Of a DNA stretch of 64,000 nt, positions 47,454 to 57,910 are shown piece by piece. The stretch covers positions 26,973-90,972 of the forward strand of contig JAJZLY010000007.1 of NCBI GenBank assembly GCA_021850485.1, in the 5' to 3' direction. Position 1 is the first letter of the stretch. Each line of letters starts with the position of its first letter. Source of the stretch: Bacillota bacterium (GTDB taxonomy: Bacteria > Bacillota > Sulfobacillia > JAJZYS01 > JAJZLH01). A program made the position numbers and the translations under genes. The notes below the pieces were generated by a model. The model had not been told where the DNA came from. It made no database searches and worked only from the letters and a program-made list of their open reading frames with translations.

Positions 47454-48620
47454 TCAGCTCTGATAGAGCGCCTGCACCGGATCCAGTCGGCTGGCGTTGG
47501 CGGCTGGCCAAATACCAAACACGATGCCGACCACTAGCGAGAACCCGAGCGCCAACAGCACGGCGGAGATCGGTACACTGCCGGCTCCCAGCAGGTGGGT
47601 GAGCAACAAGGACAGCGACACCCCGACCAGCACGCCGATCATGCCGCCGGCTAAGCTGAGCAGAGAGGATTCGATCAGAAACTGCGTCAAGATCGCCCGT
47701 CGAGAAGCACCCATTGCCTTTCTGAGGCCAATCTCCCGGGTGCGCTCCGAGACCGTGACCAACATGATGTTCATGATCCCGACGCCACCGACCAGGAGCG
47801 AGATGCCGGCGATTCCCCCCAGCATCAGGGTGAGCGTGCCCGTGATGGTCGAAAGCGTGCTCAGAATCTGATCTTGTGAGATGACGGTCGCTGCATTGGT
47901 GGATGCGAAGCGATGATTCAACACGGCCGTGATCTGGGCTACCGCCAAAGGCGCGATGGCGGCACTGCGCGCTTCGGCCTCGATGCCCGTCAGCTCGGTG
48001 GTTCCCGCTACCCACTCGGCGGCATTGATCGGCACGATGATCACATTGTCCGCGTTGGCACCGAAGGCGCCTCCGGTCGCCTGCAAGACGCCGATCACCG
48101 TAAAGGGGTTGCCGTTCACGCTGATCGTCTGTCGCAGCGGGTTTCTGGCCGGAAAGAGATTTTGGGCGACAGTTTGGCCGAGCACGGCCACATTGCGGCT
48201 GGCGCTGACATCTTGGCTGGAGATGAATCGACCGGCAGCCAAGGTGCGGCCCTCGATGGTCAGCGCCGCTGGTGTGGTACCGATCACCACCGTGCTCCAT
48301 GAGCTGGACTGATAGGCGGCCGTCACCGACGCTTCGATCAGGGGGGCATCGGCCTTGATCTGCGGCACCACTTGGAGCAGCCAGCTGGCGTCTTGGGGAT
48401 AGAGCACGGTGCCACTGGTCCGCACCGGGCTGACACTGATCAGATTGGAACCCAGGGCCTGGATGCTAGAGGTGACGGAGCTGGTAGCCGCCTGACCGGC
48501 GGTGATCAGGGCGATCACGGCCGCCACCCCGATGATGATGCCAAGCATGGTCAAGGCCGCCCGCATTCTGTTCCCGCGCAGGGCACGCCAGGCCATGCGC
48601 AGGCTCTCCACGACCCTCAC
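47454..48620 (-). CDS. MacB/YknZ-like ABC transporter permease
   Basis: LTMLGIIIGVAAVI, SLLVGGVGIMNIMLVTVSERTREIGLRKAMGA, PAANASRLDPVQAL. Confidence 0.93.
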   Translation of the reverse strand: MRVVESLRMAWRALRGNRMRAALTMLGIIIGVAAVIALITAGQAATSSVTSSIQALGSNLISVSPVRTSGTVLYPQDASWLLQVVPQIKADAPLIEASVTAAYQSSSWSTVVIGTTPAALTIEGRTLAAGRFISSQDVSASRNVAVLGQTVAQNLFPARNPLRQTISVNGNPFTVIGVLQATGGAFGANADNVIIVPINAAEWVAGTTELTGIEAEARSAAIAPLAVAQITAVLNHRFASTNAATVISQDQILSTLSTITGTLTLMLGGIAGISLLVGGVGIMNIMLVTVSERTREIGLRKAMGASRRAILTQFLIESSLLSLAGGMIGVLVGVSLSLLLTHLLGAGSVPISAVLLALGFSLVVGIVFGIWPAANASRLDPVQALYQS

Positions 48621-49354
48621 TGCACCACCGCCCTGGTGCCCAGATCGCCGCGCATCCGCCGGCTGTCGGCAGCAACGGGCCGGTCTGACAGAACCGCGCC
48701 GTCCTTCAGCCGGATAATCCTCTCGCAGTGCAGCGCCACCTGCTCATCGTGGGTGACGATGATCACCGTGCGACCAGCGGCATTGAGGGCCAAGAAAAGG
48801 TTCAAGATCTCCTCCCCAGACGCCGAGTCCAGGTTGCCGGTCGGCTCATCAGCCAAGAGAAGATTGGGCTTGCCGGCCAGGGCCCTGGCGATCCCCACGC
48901 GCTGTTGCTGTCCGCCGGAGAGCTCATAGGGTCGAAACGAGATCAACTCGCCCAGCCCGACCTCAGCCAGCACCTGAGTGGCCACCAGATGCCGTTCTCC
49001 CGCTGCCATCCCCCGGTACACCAGGGGAAGCTCCACATTTTCCAGAGCATTGAGCGCCGGCAGCAGGTTGTAGTTTTGAAAGATGAAGCCGATGCGGCGG
49101 TTTCGGATGGCGGCCAGAGCATCGTCTGACTTTTTGGCAACATCGTCGCCGCCCAGGAAATAGTGACCGCCGGTCGGCCGGTCCAGGCAGCCCAGCATAT
49201 TCATCAACGTGGTCTTGCCAGAGCCAGATGGCCCCATGATCGCCACCATAGCCCCCTCTTCGATCGAAAAACTGACCCCGCGCACCGCCTGCACCTCGAT
49301 GGCGCCGGTGCGAAAGGTGCGGCAGAGCTCCTCGACGCGCACGACGTCGCTCAC
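48617..49354 (-). CDS. MacB/LolD-type ABC ATPase
   Basis: [40 protein letters not shown]. Confidence 0.94.
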   Translation of the reverse strand: MSDVVRVEELCRTFRTGAIEVQAVRGVSFSIEEGAMVAIMGPSGSGKTTLMNMLGCLDRPTGGHYFLGGDDVAKKSDDALAAIRNRRIGFIFQNYNLLPALNALENVELPLVYRGMAAGERHLVATQVLAEVGLGELISFRPYELSGGQQQRVGIARALAGKPNLLLADEPTGNLDSASGEEILNLFLALNAAGRTVIIVTHDEQVALHCERIIRLKDGAVLSDRPVAADSRRMRGDLGTRAVVQ

Positions 49355-49355
49355 G

Positions 49356-51134
49356 TTAGCCTTTACCCTTGCCCTTGCCGCCGGTCGCACGAGGCGCCGG
49401 AGTCCGGGCTCCGCCAGCGCCGGCCGCGGCCTTGCGGCCCGCACCGCCAAAGAATAGACCGGATCCGGTGGCGGGCGTGACCGTGGCGGTCACCACCCGC
49501 TCACCAGCACTGAGCCCAGAGATGATCTGGGTGTCGACCGTGTTGGACAACCCTGCCACCACCTTTTTCACCACTGGCCGGCCGCCGACCAATACCACCA
49601 CGCTGGCCTGGGAACCAGATCCGCTGACCGCGACCGCCGGCACCATCAGCGTATGGGCGATGGTGGTGATGTGGATCGACGCATTGGCGGCCATGCCGCT
49701 TTTCAGGCTGCCACCGGCATTCTGGTTGATGTTGATGGTCACGTCGAAACTGGAAACGCCAAGGCTGTTGGTACCGGTGGGGGCAATGGTGACGACCGTC
49801 CCTGGCAGCGTCTGGCCGGGAAGGGCGTCTGTCGTGATTTGCACGGCCTGCCCCACCGCTACCTGAGCCAGTTGGGTCTGATCGATCGGCACGACCAACT
49901 GCAGGGCGTTTGGATTCTCGATCGAGAAGGCGGGGGTGGCACCGCCGGCGGTGGCCGCATTGTCTCCCACGGCGACGTCCACCGCGGTCACTGTGCCACT
50001 GATCGGACTGGTCATGCGCAGGCCTGCTAGCGCGATTTCGGCCTCGGTCACCGCCGACTGATCGGCCGCCTGTCTGGCTTGCAGTGAGGCCAAGGTCGCG
50101 GCGGTGGTCGGTGCTGGGTTGAGCAAGGTGGCAAGCGTCGCCTGGTCGGCGCTGAGCGTCGCCTGATCCTGGATCACTGCCTGCTGGGCGGCCGGGCTGC
50201 TTACCGTGAGCACCGTCGATCCCGCTTGGACCAGTTGCCCCGACGAGGCATCCACTGCATCCACCGTGCCCGTCGCAGGCGCGGTCACGGCCGCCACCTG
50301 GGAGTAAGTGACGGGACCGTTCATGATGTAGATGCCGGGGGTTCCCAGCAACACCACCACATCGACGCCAGCGTTCAACTCGGTGCCCGGGTTGGTCAGG
50401 GTGACAGTGACCGGAAACACGGGCTGGCCCTTGACCGTACCAGAGGCAGCGTTGCCGATCTGGGTGATGGTTGCTGGAAGATTCGTACCCAAGTCGGTCT
50501 GCACGGTGGCGGCCTGACCCACCGACAGGCTGGGCAAGTCGAATTGGAAGACATTGCCGGTGACGGTGATCACGCTGGGGCTGGCAATGGTGAACAGGGT
50601 CTGTCCGGCTCCGACCGACTGACCAGGAATCACATTCAGCGACTGGACGAAGCCGCTCTGCGGCGCCGTTACCGTGAGCCCCGCCACCACCTGCTGGTCG
50701 GCGGTCAAGCGCTGTTGATCCAACTGCACCTTGTCCTGTTGGGCGGTGATCTGGGCCTGGGATGCGGCCGGCGGCTGCGTGGCCGCGGCCAGACTCGCCT
50801 GGTCCGCAGCCAACGCCGCCTGGGCCGTGAGCAATTGGTTTTCCAGCTTGCCGCCATCGGACTCAGTGGCCAGCAGCTGCCCCGCCACCACCTGGCTGCC
50901 CACGGTCACGCCAACCGACGTGATGGTGCCTGCCTGCGAAGGATAGACATTCGCCGTCGTGGCGGACTGGACTGTGCCCGACCCAGTCACGTCCACGCTG
51001 AGCGCCCCATAGGTGACCGGGGCCACGGCATACTCCAGGGCGCCGGTGCCCGGCTTGGCCAACAGACGATGGCCCACAAACAGCACCAAGACAAGTCCGA
51101 CCACGATGCCGATCACGGTCAGAGTCCGTTTCAT
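49356..51134 (-). CDS. Extended efflux adaptor/membrane fusion protein (YknX/HlyD-like)
   Basis: N-terminal TM, several lipoyl-like half motifs (GTITSV.V..G..V.AGQ, GFVQSL.V.PGQ.V.AGQ, GTVDAV....GQ.V.AG, SPISGTV..V), coiled coils and two beta-barrel repeats. ATG at 51134. Confidence 0.85.
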   Translation of the reverse strand: MKRTLTVIGIVVGLVLVLFVGHRLLAKPGTGALEYAVAPVTYGALSVDVTGSGTVQSATTANVYPSQAGTITSVGVTVGSQVVAGQLLATESDGGKLENQLLTAQAALAADQASLAAATQPPAASQAQITAQQDKVQLDQQRLTADQQVVAGLTVTAPQSGFVQSLNVIPGQSVGAGQTLFTIASPSVITVTGNVFQFDLPSLSVGQAATVQTDLGTNLPATITQIGNAASGTVKGQPVFPVTVTLTNPGTELNAGVDVVVLLGTPGIYIMNGPVTYSQVAAVTAPATGTVDAVDASSGQLVQAGSTVLTVSSPAAQQAVIQDQATLSADQATLATLLNPAPTTAATLASLQARQAADQSAVTEAEIALAGLRMTSPISGTVTAVDVAVGDNAATAGGATPAFSIENPNALQLVVPIDQTQLAQVAVGQAVQITTDALPGQTLPGTVVTIAPTGTNSLGVSSFDVTININQNAGGSLKSGMAANASIHITTIAHTLMVPAVAVSGSGSQASVVVLVGGRPVVKKVVAGLSNTVDTQIISGLSAGERVVTATVTPATGSGLFFGGAGRKAAAGAGGARTPAPRATGGKGKGKG

Positions 51135-51367
51135 CTGCGCTTGATCCCTCCACCGATCATCAGATTCCACACGGCTTAGCCCAGGATGCCGATCCGCTGG
51201 CCCGAGGCGGGCCCCCCTCATAGTACGAAAGCGAACTGCCGTGCGGACTAAGAGATTGCTGAATCTTTGCGGGCAGATGCCATGTCCCGGCAGGCGCACC
51301 GGTTGGGCAGGACTTTAAGCGCCGGAGCCAAGAACTGACTAGTCGGCTCGAGCAAGGGGGCACGATC

Positions 51368-53392
51368 GTGAGCGACCATCTGCAGCCGGAGGATCTGTTC
51401 AACGTGACACTGGGTGGCGCAATGCAGGCACTGCCCGACGGCCGGATCGTGTACCTGGAGTCCCGGCTCGACCGCCACGACAACTCAGCCCACACCCGAC
51501 TGATGGTCCTCACTGCCGGCGGTCGCCCGGTCCCGTTCAGCCGCGGACCGCACGACTCTTCGCCCTCTCTCTCCCCAGACGGCCGCCAGATGGCGTTTCT
51601 CGCCCGCCAGCTGGACGCAAGCCAGCTGTGGGTGATGCCTGTGAGCGGCGGCGAGGCGCGCCAGGTTTCAGATCTGAAGGGCGGCGTCCAGTCCTTCGCC
51701 TGGGCCCCAGATAGCCGCTCGCTGGCGCTGATCTCGGTCGTGGACGGAGATCGCCTCCAAGCCGCTTCCAACAAGGGGCAGACCGACCAGAAACGGCACA
51801 CGGCCGGCGTGCACATCACCTCTTCGGCCTATTACAAGCTCGATGGCGAGGGGCTGTTCGGCCCGGGCCAGACCCAGATCGTGCACCAGCCGCTGAATGG
51901 TGCGGCCCGTCTGCTCACCGACTGGTCACGGCGGATCGAGCAGGTGACCTTCAGTGCGGACGGCAAGCAGCTGTGGTTCATCAGCCAGGGGCTAGAACTG
52001 CCGGATGTGAACTGGTCTGAACTGTGGCAACTGGATCTTGGCTCTAGCGCAGGCCCGCGCCATGTGGCCGGGGGTGCCAATTGGTCGGTGGATCAGGTGA
52101 TCGCCGACCCCGACTGTCCGCGGCTGCTGGTGGTCGCCTCTGACCCCGGCCAACTGGGCTACGGCAACGAGCAGCTCTATCTGCTGCAAGCAGACCATCG
52201 GCCGGTCCGGCTTCTGGCCGACCTGGACCGTCCGATCGGCGATCTCAGCGCCTGCGATCTGGTGCCGCCGAGCGGGCCCAGCGTGATCTGGCCGAGCGGC
52301 CAGCCCATGCCCTATGCCCTGGTCTCCACCGAGGGCAAGGTTGACGTGGTCCAGGTGCCGCTGGATGGTGGTCCCGGCCGCACACTGACCGCAGGTGATC
52401 AGGCAGTTCATGCCATGGCCCTTCACCCCAAGGGGTTGGTGGTGGCCCGCTCCACCCCGACTGAGCCTTCGGAGATCGTTTTGCTTACGGGCGGCCGGGA
52501 GCGGGTGCTGGTGCGCCTGAATCGCGCCCTGCTCCGCCGCCACCCGCCGCTGGTGCCGATTCGCTTGGCGGCCCAGGCCCCAGGGGGACCAGCGCTGGAT
52601 GCCTGGGTGCTGCTGCCCGCCACGGCGCCCGGTCAGCGGGTGCCAGCGGTGTTGAGCATCCACGGCGGTCCGATGATGATGTACGGGCGTGCCTACAACT
52701 TCGAATGGCAGATCCTCGCTGCCTTAGGCGTGGCGGTGATCGCGTGCAATCCCCGGGGCTCCCAGGGATATGGGCAGGCGTTTTGCGCGGCCATCCGCGA
52801 GGAATGGGGGGCACGCGACCAGGCCGACTTGATGGCGGCCTGCGACCAGGCCCTGTCAGCCTTTTCGGCGATCGACCCAGATCGCCTCGGCGTCAGTGGC
52901 GGATCATACGGCGGCTTCATGACCACCTGGCTGATCGGTCACACCAACCGCTTCAAAGCCGCCCACGCCGCCCGCTCGGTCACCGACTGGCGGCAGATGG
53001 CCGGCACTTCGGACGGATTCTGGCATTGGCACCACCAGCTCGGCGGCGCACCGTGGCAGGACATCGCGGCGTACAGCCAGCAGTCACCGCTCACCTATGT
53101 GGATCAGGTGCACACGCCGGTGCTGATCGAGCACCAAGAAGGCGACTTGCGCTGTCCGATCGGCCAGGGAGAGACCTATTTCACAGCGCTCAAGGCTCTG
53201 GGCAAGACCGCGGTCTTTGTCCGTTACCCAGGCGAGTTTCACGGCATGGTGCGAAACGGTAAGCCGTGGCACCGGGTGCATCGGCTCGGGCTGCTCAGCG
53301 ACTGGTGGCGACACTTTTTGCTAGGAGAGCCTGCGGCACCCGCACTGGCCGGCCACCTGGGCGTCAGTTCCGGATCGGCCGGGACTGCTTAG
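51368..53392 (+). CDS. S9 family (acylaminoacyl/prolyl oligo)peptidase
   Basis: Beta-propeller SPDG repeats, IHGGP, NPRGSQGYG, GGSYGG, DLRCP, EFHG. Confidence 0.93.
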   Translation: MSDHLQPEDLFNVTLGGAMQALPDGRIVYLESRLDRHDNSAHTRLMVLTAGGRPVPFSRGPHDSSPSLSPDGRQMAFLARQLDASQLWVMPVSGGEARQVSDLKGGVQSFAWAPDSRSLALISVVDGDRLQAASNKGQTDQKRHTAGVHITSSAYYKLDGEGLFGPGQTQIVHQPLNGAARLLTDWSRRIEQVTFSADGKQLWFISQGLELPDVNWSELWQLDLGSSAGPRHVAGGANWSVDQVIADPDCPRLLVVASDPGQLGYGNEQLYLLQADHRPVRLLADLDRPIGDLSACDLVPPSGPSVIWPSGQPMPYALVSTEGKVDVVQVPLDGGPGRTLTAGDQAVHAMALHPKGLVVARSTPTEPSEIVLLTGGRERVLVRLNRALLRRHPPLVPIRLAAQAPGGPALDAWVLLPATAPGQRVPAVLSIHGGPMMMYGRAYNFEWQILAALGVAVIACNPRGSQGYGQAFCAAIREEWGARDQADLMAACDQALSAFSAIDPDRLGVSGGSYGGFMTTWLIGHTNRFKAAHAARSVTDWRQMAGTSDGFWHWHHQLGGAPWQDIAAYSQQSPLTYVDQVHTPVLIEHQEGDLRCPIGQGETYFTALKALGKTAVFVRYPGEFHGMVRNGKPWHRVHRLGLLSDWWRHFLLGEPAAPALAGHLGVSSGSAGTA

Positions 53393-54342
53393 GGGCTTTG
53401 CAGCGGCACCTGGGCTAGGTGCAACGTCTTGCCGATCAGCACGTAGGCCACGCTTTGCCCGTTGGTACCCAGCAGGGCGTTGGCCTGGGCCCCAAGAGAC
53501 AGGCTGACCATGGCCTGAGACTGGGCCAAAAAGACACTGTAGGTACCATGCTGATCGACCAGCGCATAGCCAGGCCCGACCGCATAGGGTGCGTCTAAGA
53601 GCAGCCCGCTGGGCAGGGCCAGGTGCGCCAATTGACCACCCGACGCGCTGTAGGCGTCGAAGCGGGGTGCGGACGGCTGGGCCGTCAGCGGAAAGCCGAA
53701 AATCCATCCGGCAGAGAGCATGGGGTCCAGCAGCGGCGCCGGCAGTGCCGCCACGGTGTGCGTGGTGCCCGCCGGAAGCGTCACGGCGACCAGGGTGGCA
53801 TTGCCGCTGAGGCCGCTGACCTCCGCCAGATAGCTTGACCCGAGCAAGCCGACTGCCCGGTTCGGCGGCACCGACAAGGTGGCCACCGCCTGGTTGGCCA
53901 GATCAAGGACAAAGGTCTGCTGGCTGCCATCGGCCAGCGTGACCTGCACGACCACGAAATTCGGGTCCGCCTTGACCACCATCGCCTGCGCTGGCTGGAC
54001 CAAATCCGCCATCGACAAACCGGCCCCGTGCAGCGGTTGGAGCAATACGCTGGTTCCGCCTTGGGCTGGCACCAGGCAGACCAGGTCTCCCTTGGCGTCG
54101 CCGCTGAGCACACAATTCTCGCCAGGCTGCAGCACCAGCTGTTGCGGCTTCCAGGCCGCCAGGCCGCTGATCAGGAGGTCAGAGCCGTGGCGGACGGCAA
54201 TCTGGTTAGAGACCACCTGCAGGTCCTGCACGTGCGGCAGGGCGATCGTCCACTGCCGGACAGCGGTGCTGGCCCCGCCACAGGCGGCCAGCGCCAGCAG
54301 ACATACGGCCGCCAGCCCGGCCGCCACCCGGCTCCTAAGCAC
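53389..54342 (-). CDS. Hypothetical lipoprotein (beta-rich)
   Basis: Signal peptide with lipobox LAAC. Overlaps the E3 stop. Confidence 0.72.
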   Translation of the reverse strand: MLRSRVAAGLAAVCLLALAACGGASTAVRQWTIALPHVQDLQVVSNQIAVRHGSDLLISGLAAWKPQQLVLQPGENCVLSGDAKGDLVCLVPAQGGTSVLLQPLHGAGLSMADLVQPAQAMVVKADPNFVVVQVTLADGSQQTFVLDLANQAVATLSVPPNRAVGLLGSSYLAEVSGLSGNATLVAVTLPAGTTHTVAALPAPLLDPMLSAGWIFGFPLTAQPSAPRFDAYSASGGQLAHLALPSGLLLDAPYAVGPGYALVDQHGTYSVFLAQSQAMVSLSLGAQANALLGTNGQSVAYVLIGKTLHLAQVPLQSP

Positions 54343-55747
54343 TTCTCCCTTGCGCGGACTGAGCCGCGTCGCGGATGCTCTCGACCAAGGTGGGGTGGGC
54401 GTGATTGGTTGCGGCCAGGTCGAAGACGGTGGCCTCCATCCAAGTGGCCAGCACCCCTTCTTGCAGCAAATCGGTGGCGTGCGGGCCGACGATGTGCAAT
54501 CCGAGCAGATCGCCGCGCTCCTTGTCGCAAACCACCTTGGTCATGCCCTCGCTGTCGCCGGCGATCAGGGCCTTGCCGTTGGCCTTGAAGTAACTCTTGC
54601 CGATCGACACCTGGCGGCCTTTGTCTTTGGCCTGGCGCTCGCTGAGGCCAACAGACGCCACCTCCGGACGGCTGTAAGTGCACCGGGGCAGCCGATTGTA
54701 GTCGATGGACTCTGGGTTGCGGCCGACGATCTGCTCCACGGCCGTGACCCCTTCCAGCACGGCGACGTGGGCGAGCTGCAGGTGGCCGATCACATCGCCG
54801 ATGGCATAGATGTTGGGGTCGGCCGTCTGACAGTGGCCGTCCACCTCGATGCCCTGAGCGCTCACCTTCACCTTTTGGTTGTTCTCCAGGCCGAAGCCGT
54901 CGGCAACCGGCGCCCGGCCGATGGCTACCAAGAGCACGCCTGCCGTCACGCTTTCCATCTTGTCGCCAACGGCGACTGTGATGCTGATGCCGTCTGCGGT
55001 CTTCTGATAGCTCTCAGCCACCACCCGAGCACCGGTCAAGATGCGGACCTGGCGCCGGCTGAGGGCCCGGTTGACCACCCGGGCGATCTCCTCGTCTTCC
55101 AGCGGCAAGACCTCAGAGGCCATCTCGATCAAGGTGACCGCCACGCCCAAATCGGCGTATAACGACGCCCATTCGCATCCGATGGCGCCAGCACCGACGA
55201 TGGCGACAGAGCCAGGCAGCGTCTCCTGGAGCAGGGCGTGGTCGGAACTGATCACGCGCTCGCCATCGAAGGGCAGCCCAGGCAGGGCTCGTGGTTTGGA
55301 ACCGGTGGCGATGATGATCTTGTCCGGTGAGATCATTTCGGTCTGGCCGTCTTTGGGCTCCACCGCCACCGCCCCCGCCGGTGCGAAGATAGACGGCGGC
55401 AGCAGGGCACCGTGGCCATGGTAGACGGTGATGCCCGCCCGCTTGACCAAGCCCTCGACGCCCCTGTGCAGCTGGTCCACGATCTGTCGCTTGCGGGCAT
55501 GTGCCAACGGGTAGTCCAGGCCCTTGATCTCGATCTGGACGCCAAAGTCGCCGGCGTCTTTGGCTAGAGCCCAGACCTCGGCGGTTCTGAGCAGGGCCTT
55601 GGACGGGATGCAGCCCTTGTGCAGACAGGTGCCGCCCAGTTTGTCTTGCTCAACAATCACGGTCTTCAGCCCGAGCTCGGCGGCGCGCAGAGCGGCCTCG
55701 TAGCCGCCGGTGCCGCCACCCAGGACCAGCAGGTCACAGTCCGCCAT
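54335..55747 (-). CDS. lpdA: Dihydrolipoamide dehydrogenase (E3)
   Basis: GGGTGG, GGTCLHKGCIPSK, ATGS, GAGAIGCE, AIGD, HPTLVE. Confidence 0.93.
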   Translation of the reverse strand: MADCDLLVLGGGTGGYEAALRAAELGLKTVIVEQDKLGGTCLHKGCIPSKALLRTAEVWALAKDAGDFGVQIEIKGLDYPLAHARKRQIVDQLHRGVEGLVKRAGITVYHGHGALLPPSIFAPAGAVAVEPKDGQTEMISPDKIIIATGSKPRALPGLPFDGERVISSDHALLQETLPGSVAIVGAGAIGCEWASLYADLGVAVTLIEMASEVLPLEDEEIARVVNRALSRRQVRILTGARVVAESYQKTADGISITVAVGDKMESVTAGVLLVAIGRAPVADGFGLENNQKVKVSAQGIEVDGHCQTADPNIYAIGDVIGHLQLAHVAVLEGVTAVEQIVGRNPESIDYNRLPRCTYSRPEVASVGLSERQAKDKGRQVSIGKSYFKANGKALIAGDSEGMTKVVCDKERGDLLGLHIVGPHATDLLQEGVLATWMEATVFDLAATNHAHPTLVESIRDAAQSAQGRSA

Positions 55748-55768
55748 CTTGGTTCCTCCTCATCATCA

Positions 55769-55820
55769 GCGCCAGATCCCCTGGCGCGACAGCGCCCGGG
55801 GTTTCCGGGCGCATCTGGCG
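55769..55820. terminator. Intergenic hairpins between citrate synthase and lpdA
   Basis: GCGCCAG/CTGGCGC and GCGCCCGG/CCGGGCGC stems, with an alternative CGCCAGAT/ATCTGGCG pairing. No U-tract. Confidence 0.4.
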
Positions 55821-55821
55821 A

Positions 55822-56946
55822 TCAGCGCTTTTCGATCGGCACCCACAGCTCACGCTCGGGTCCGACGTACTGAGCCCGGGGCCGGATCAGCCGATTGTGG
55901 GCCAACTGCTCCATCACGTGGGTGGTCCAGCCGGCGGTGCGGGCAATGGCGAAGATCGGGGTGAACAGATCGATGGCGATCCCCATCTGATAGTAGACCG
56001 AGCCGGAGTACAGATCGACATTGAGGTAGATGCCCTTTTCTGCGAACACGGTCTGCTCGACCTTCTGGGTCATCCGGAAGTACTTCAGGTCGCCCCGGCG
56101 GGTGCCGATTTCCTCGGAAAACGCTCGCAGGTGGCGCGCTCGGGGATCCTCCGTCCGGTAGACGCGGTGGCCGAACCCTGAGATCTTCTTCTTGTTGGCC
56201 AAGGCGTCCTTGATCCAAGACTCCACCTTGTCCTCGGCCCCGATCTCGAGCAGCATGCGCATCACCTGCTCATTGGCGCCCCCATGCAACGGCCCTTTCA
56301 AGGTGCCGATGGCGGACGTGATCGCCGAGTACATGTCGGACAGGGTGCCGGCCGTGACCCGGGCGGCAAAGGTGGAGGCGTTGAACTCGTGGTCGGCGTG
56401 CAAGATCAGGCAGACGTCCAAGATGTGGGCGTCCTCGTCGACCGGCGGCTCGCCGTGCAGCATGTACAAGAAGTTCTTGGCGAGTCCGAAGTCAGGTCGC
56501 GGCATCACCGGCTTTTGATGGTTGCGCAGCCGGTCGAAGGCGGCGACGATGCTCGGCGTCTTGGCCAGAAGGCGCAGTGCCTTGGTCCGGTCCGTCTGGT
56601 CGCCGACGTGCTCCGATGTCGGATCGCTCAGCGACAGCATCGAGACGGCGGTGCGCAGCACCTCCATCGGGGTAGCCCCGGCCGGCACGCCGGCCAAAAA
56701 CGCCAGCACATCTGGGGGCAAAAACGCTTCCTTGCCGATCGCCTCGGTGAAGGCCTTCAGCTCGGCTGACTTGGGCAGATGGCCGTGCCACAAGAGATAG
56801 GCCACCTCTTCATAGGTGGCCTCCCGTGCCAGATCATCCACATTGTAGCCGCGGTACAGGAGCCTGCCTTCGTGGCCGTCGATGAAGCAGATATCCGACT
56901 CTGCCACCACCACGTCCTCCAGGCCGCGACCGACCGTTTCCTCCAT
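55822..56946 (-). CDS. citZ: Citrate synthase (CitZ/PrpC type)
   Basis: GLEDVV, HADHEFNAST, GPLHGGAN, GFGHRVY, DPR, NVD, RPRAQY. Alternative start at 57006. Confidence 0.9.
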   Translation of the reverse strand: MEETVGRGLEDVVVAESDICFIDGHEGRLLYRGYNVDDLAREATYEEVAYLLWHGHLPKSAELKAFTEAIGKEAFLPPDVLAFLAGVPAGATPMEVLRTAVSMLSLSDPTSEHVGDQTDRTKALRLLAKTPSIVAAFDRLRNHQKPVMPRPDFGLAKNFLYMLHGEPPVDEDAHILDVCLILHADHEFNASTFAARVTAGTLSDMYSAITSAIGTLKGPLHGGANEQVMRMLLEIGAEDKVESWIKDALANKKKISGFGHRVYRTEDPRARHLRAFSEEIGTRRGDLKYFRMTQKVEQTVFAEKGIYLNVDLYSGSVYYQMGIAIDLFTPIFAIARTAGWTTHVMEQLAHNRLIRPRAQYVGPERELWVPIEKR

Positions 56947-57034
56947 ATCGCTCTCCCCCTTCTTCCTGCTGTCGCCCGTAGCGACTGGCTTGTTGTTCTC
57001 CCCCATTCTACGCCTTCACCACCAAGTTCGCCGC

Positions 57035-57910
57035 TCAGCGCAGATCGGCGAGCAGACCTTCCCACTGGCCTGGCGTCAGGTCCAACGACTGTTCGGTCAG
57101 CGGCTGGGTGGAAAATCCCGCCACCTGATCCTCGTAGGCGAGGGCGCTGTCGTCTCGGAACAATAGCCCGGTCACCAGCTCATCCGTCTCCATCGCCCGG
57201 GCCATCGCCGCCTGACGGTCGTCCGTCCGGTAGCCAGGGTCGTCCTTCAGCGATCGCAGCACTTCTTTGTACCAGGCGTAGGTGTTGACCTTGTTGTAGG
57301 TGACGCAGGGGCTGATCACGTTGAGGAATGAAAAGCCGCGATGGCCCAGTGCGCTCTTGATCAGTTCGACCAACTCGGCCTGGTTGGAACTGAACCCCTG
57401 GCCCACCCAGGTGGCACCAGCTGCAAGCGCCATCTGCAGCGGCCGGACCGGAGCCTCGATCGAACCCTCGGGTGCGGTTTTCACCTTGGCGCCACGGTCC
57501 GAGGTCGGCGAATTCTGGCCCTTGGTCAGTCCATAGATGTGGTTGTCCATGGTCAGATAGGTGACATCCACATTTCTGCGACAGGCGTGGATAAAGTGGC
57601 CCATGCCGATGGCAAAGCCGTCGCCGTCTCCGCCCACCGCCAGCACCTTCAGGTCCCGGTTGGCCAGTTTGACGCCCATGGCTGTAGGCAGGGTCCGGCC
57701 GTGCACCACGTGGATGTTGTAGGAGTTGATGTAGTTGCCGATCTTGCCAGAGCAGCCGATACCGGCCACCATCACCATCTCATGCGGTGCGATTTGCAGG
57801 TCGATGACCGACTTTTGCAAGGCGGCCAGCACCCCGAAGTCCCCACAGCCCGGACACCACCACGACTTCTCATCGGTCTTGATGTCGGCCAGGGTGATCG
57901 GCTCTGCCAC
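57035..57910 (-). CDS. 2-oxoacid:ferredoxin oxidoreductase beta subunit
   Basis: WCPGCGDFG, GIGCS, HGR, GGDGD, N.IYGLTKGQ.SPT, SPCVTYN. Confidence 0.95.
   Translation of the reverse strand: MAEPITLADIKTDEKSWWCPGCGDFGVLAALQKSVIDLQIAPHEMVMVAGIGCSGKIGNYINSYNIHVVHGRTLPTAMGVKLANRDLKVLAVGGDGDGFAIGMGHFIHACRRNVDVTYLTMDNHIYGLTKGQNSPTSDRGAKVKTAPEGSIEAPVRPLQMALAAGATWVGQGFSSNQAELVELIKSALGHRGFSFLNVISPCVTYNKVNTYAWYKEVLRSLKDDPGYRTDDRQAAMARAMETDELVTGLLFRDDSALAYEDQVAGFSTQPLTEQSLDLTPGQWEGLLADLR

Noticed and set aside
51252..51266. AGATT-GCTG-AATCT palindrome upstream of the ABC exporter
   Set aside because: The 5-bp arms are too short to distinguish from chance and no cognate regulator can be assigned.
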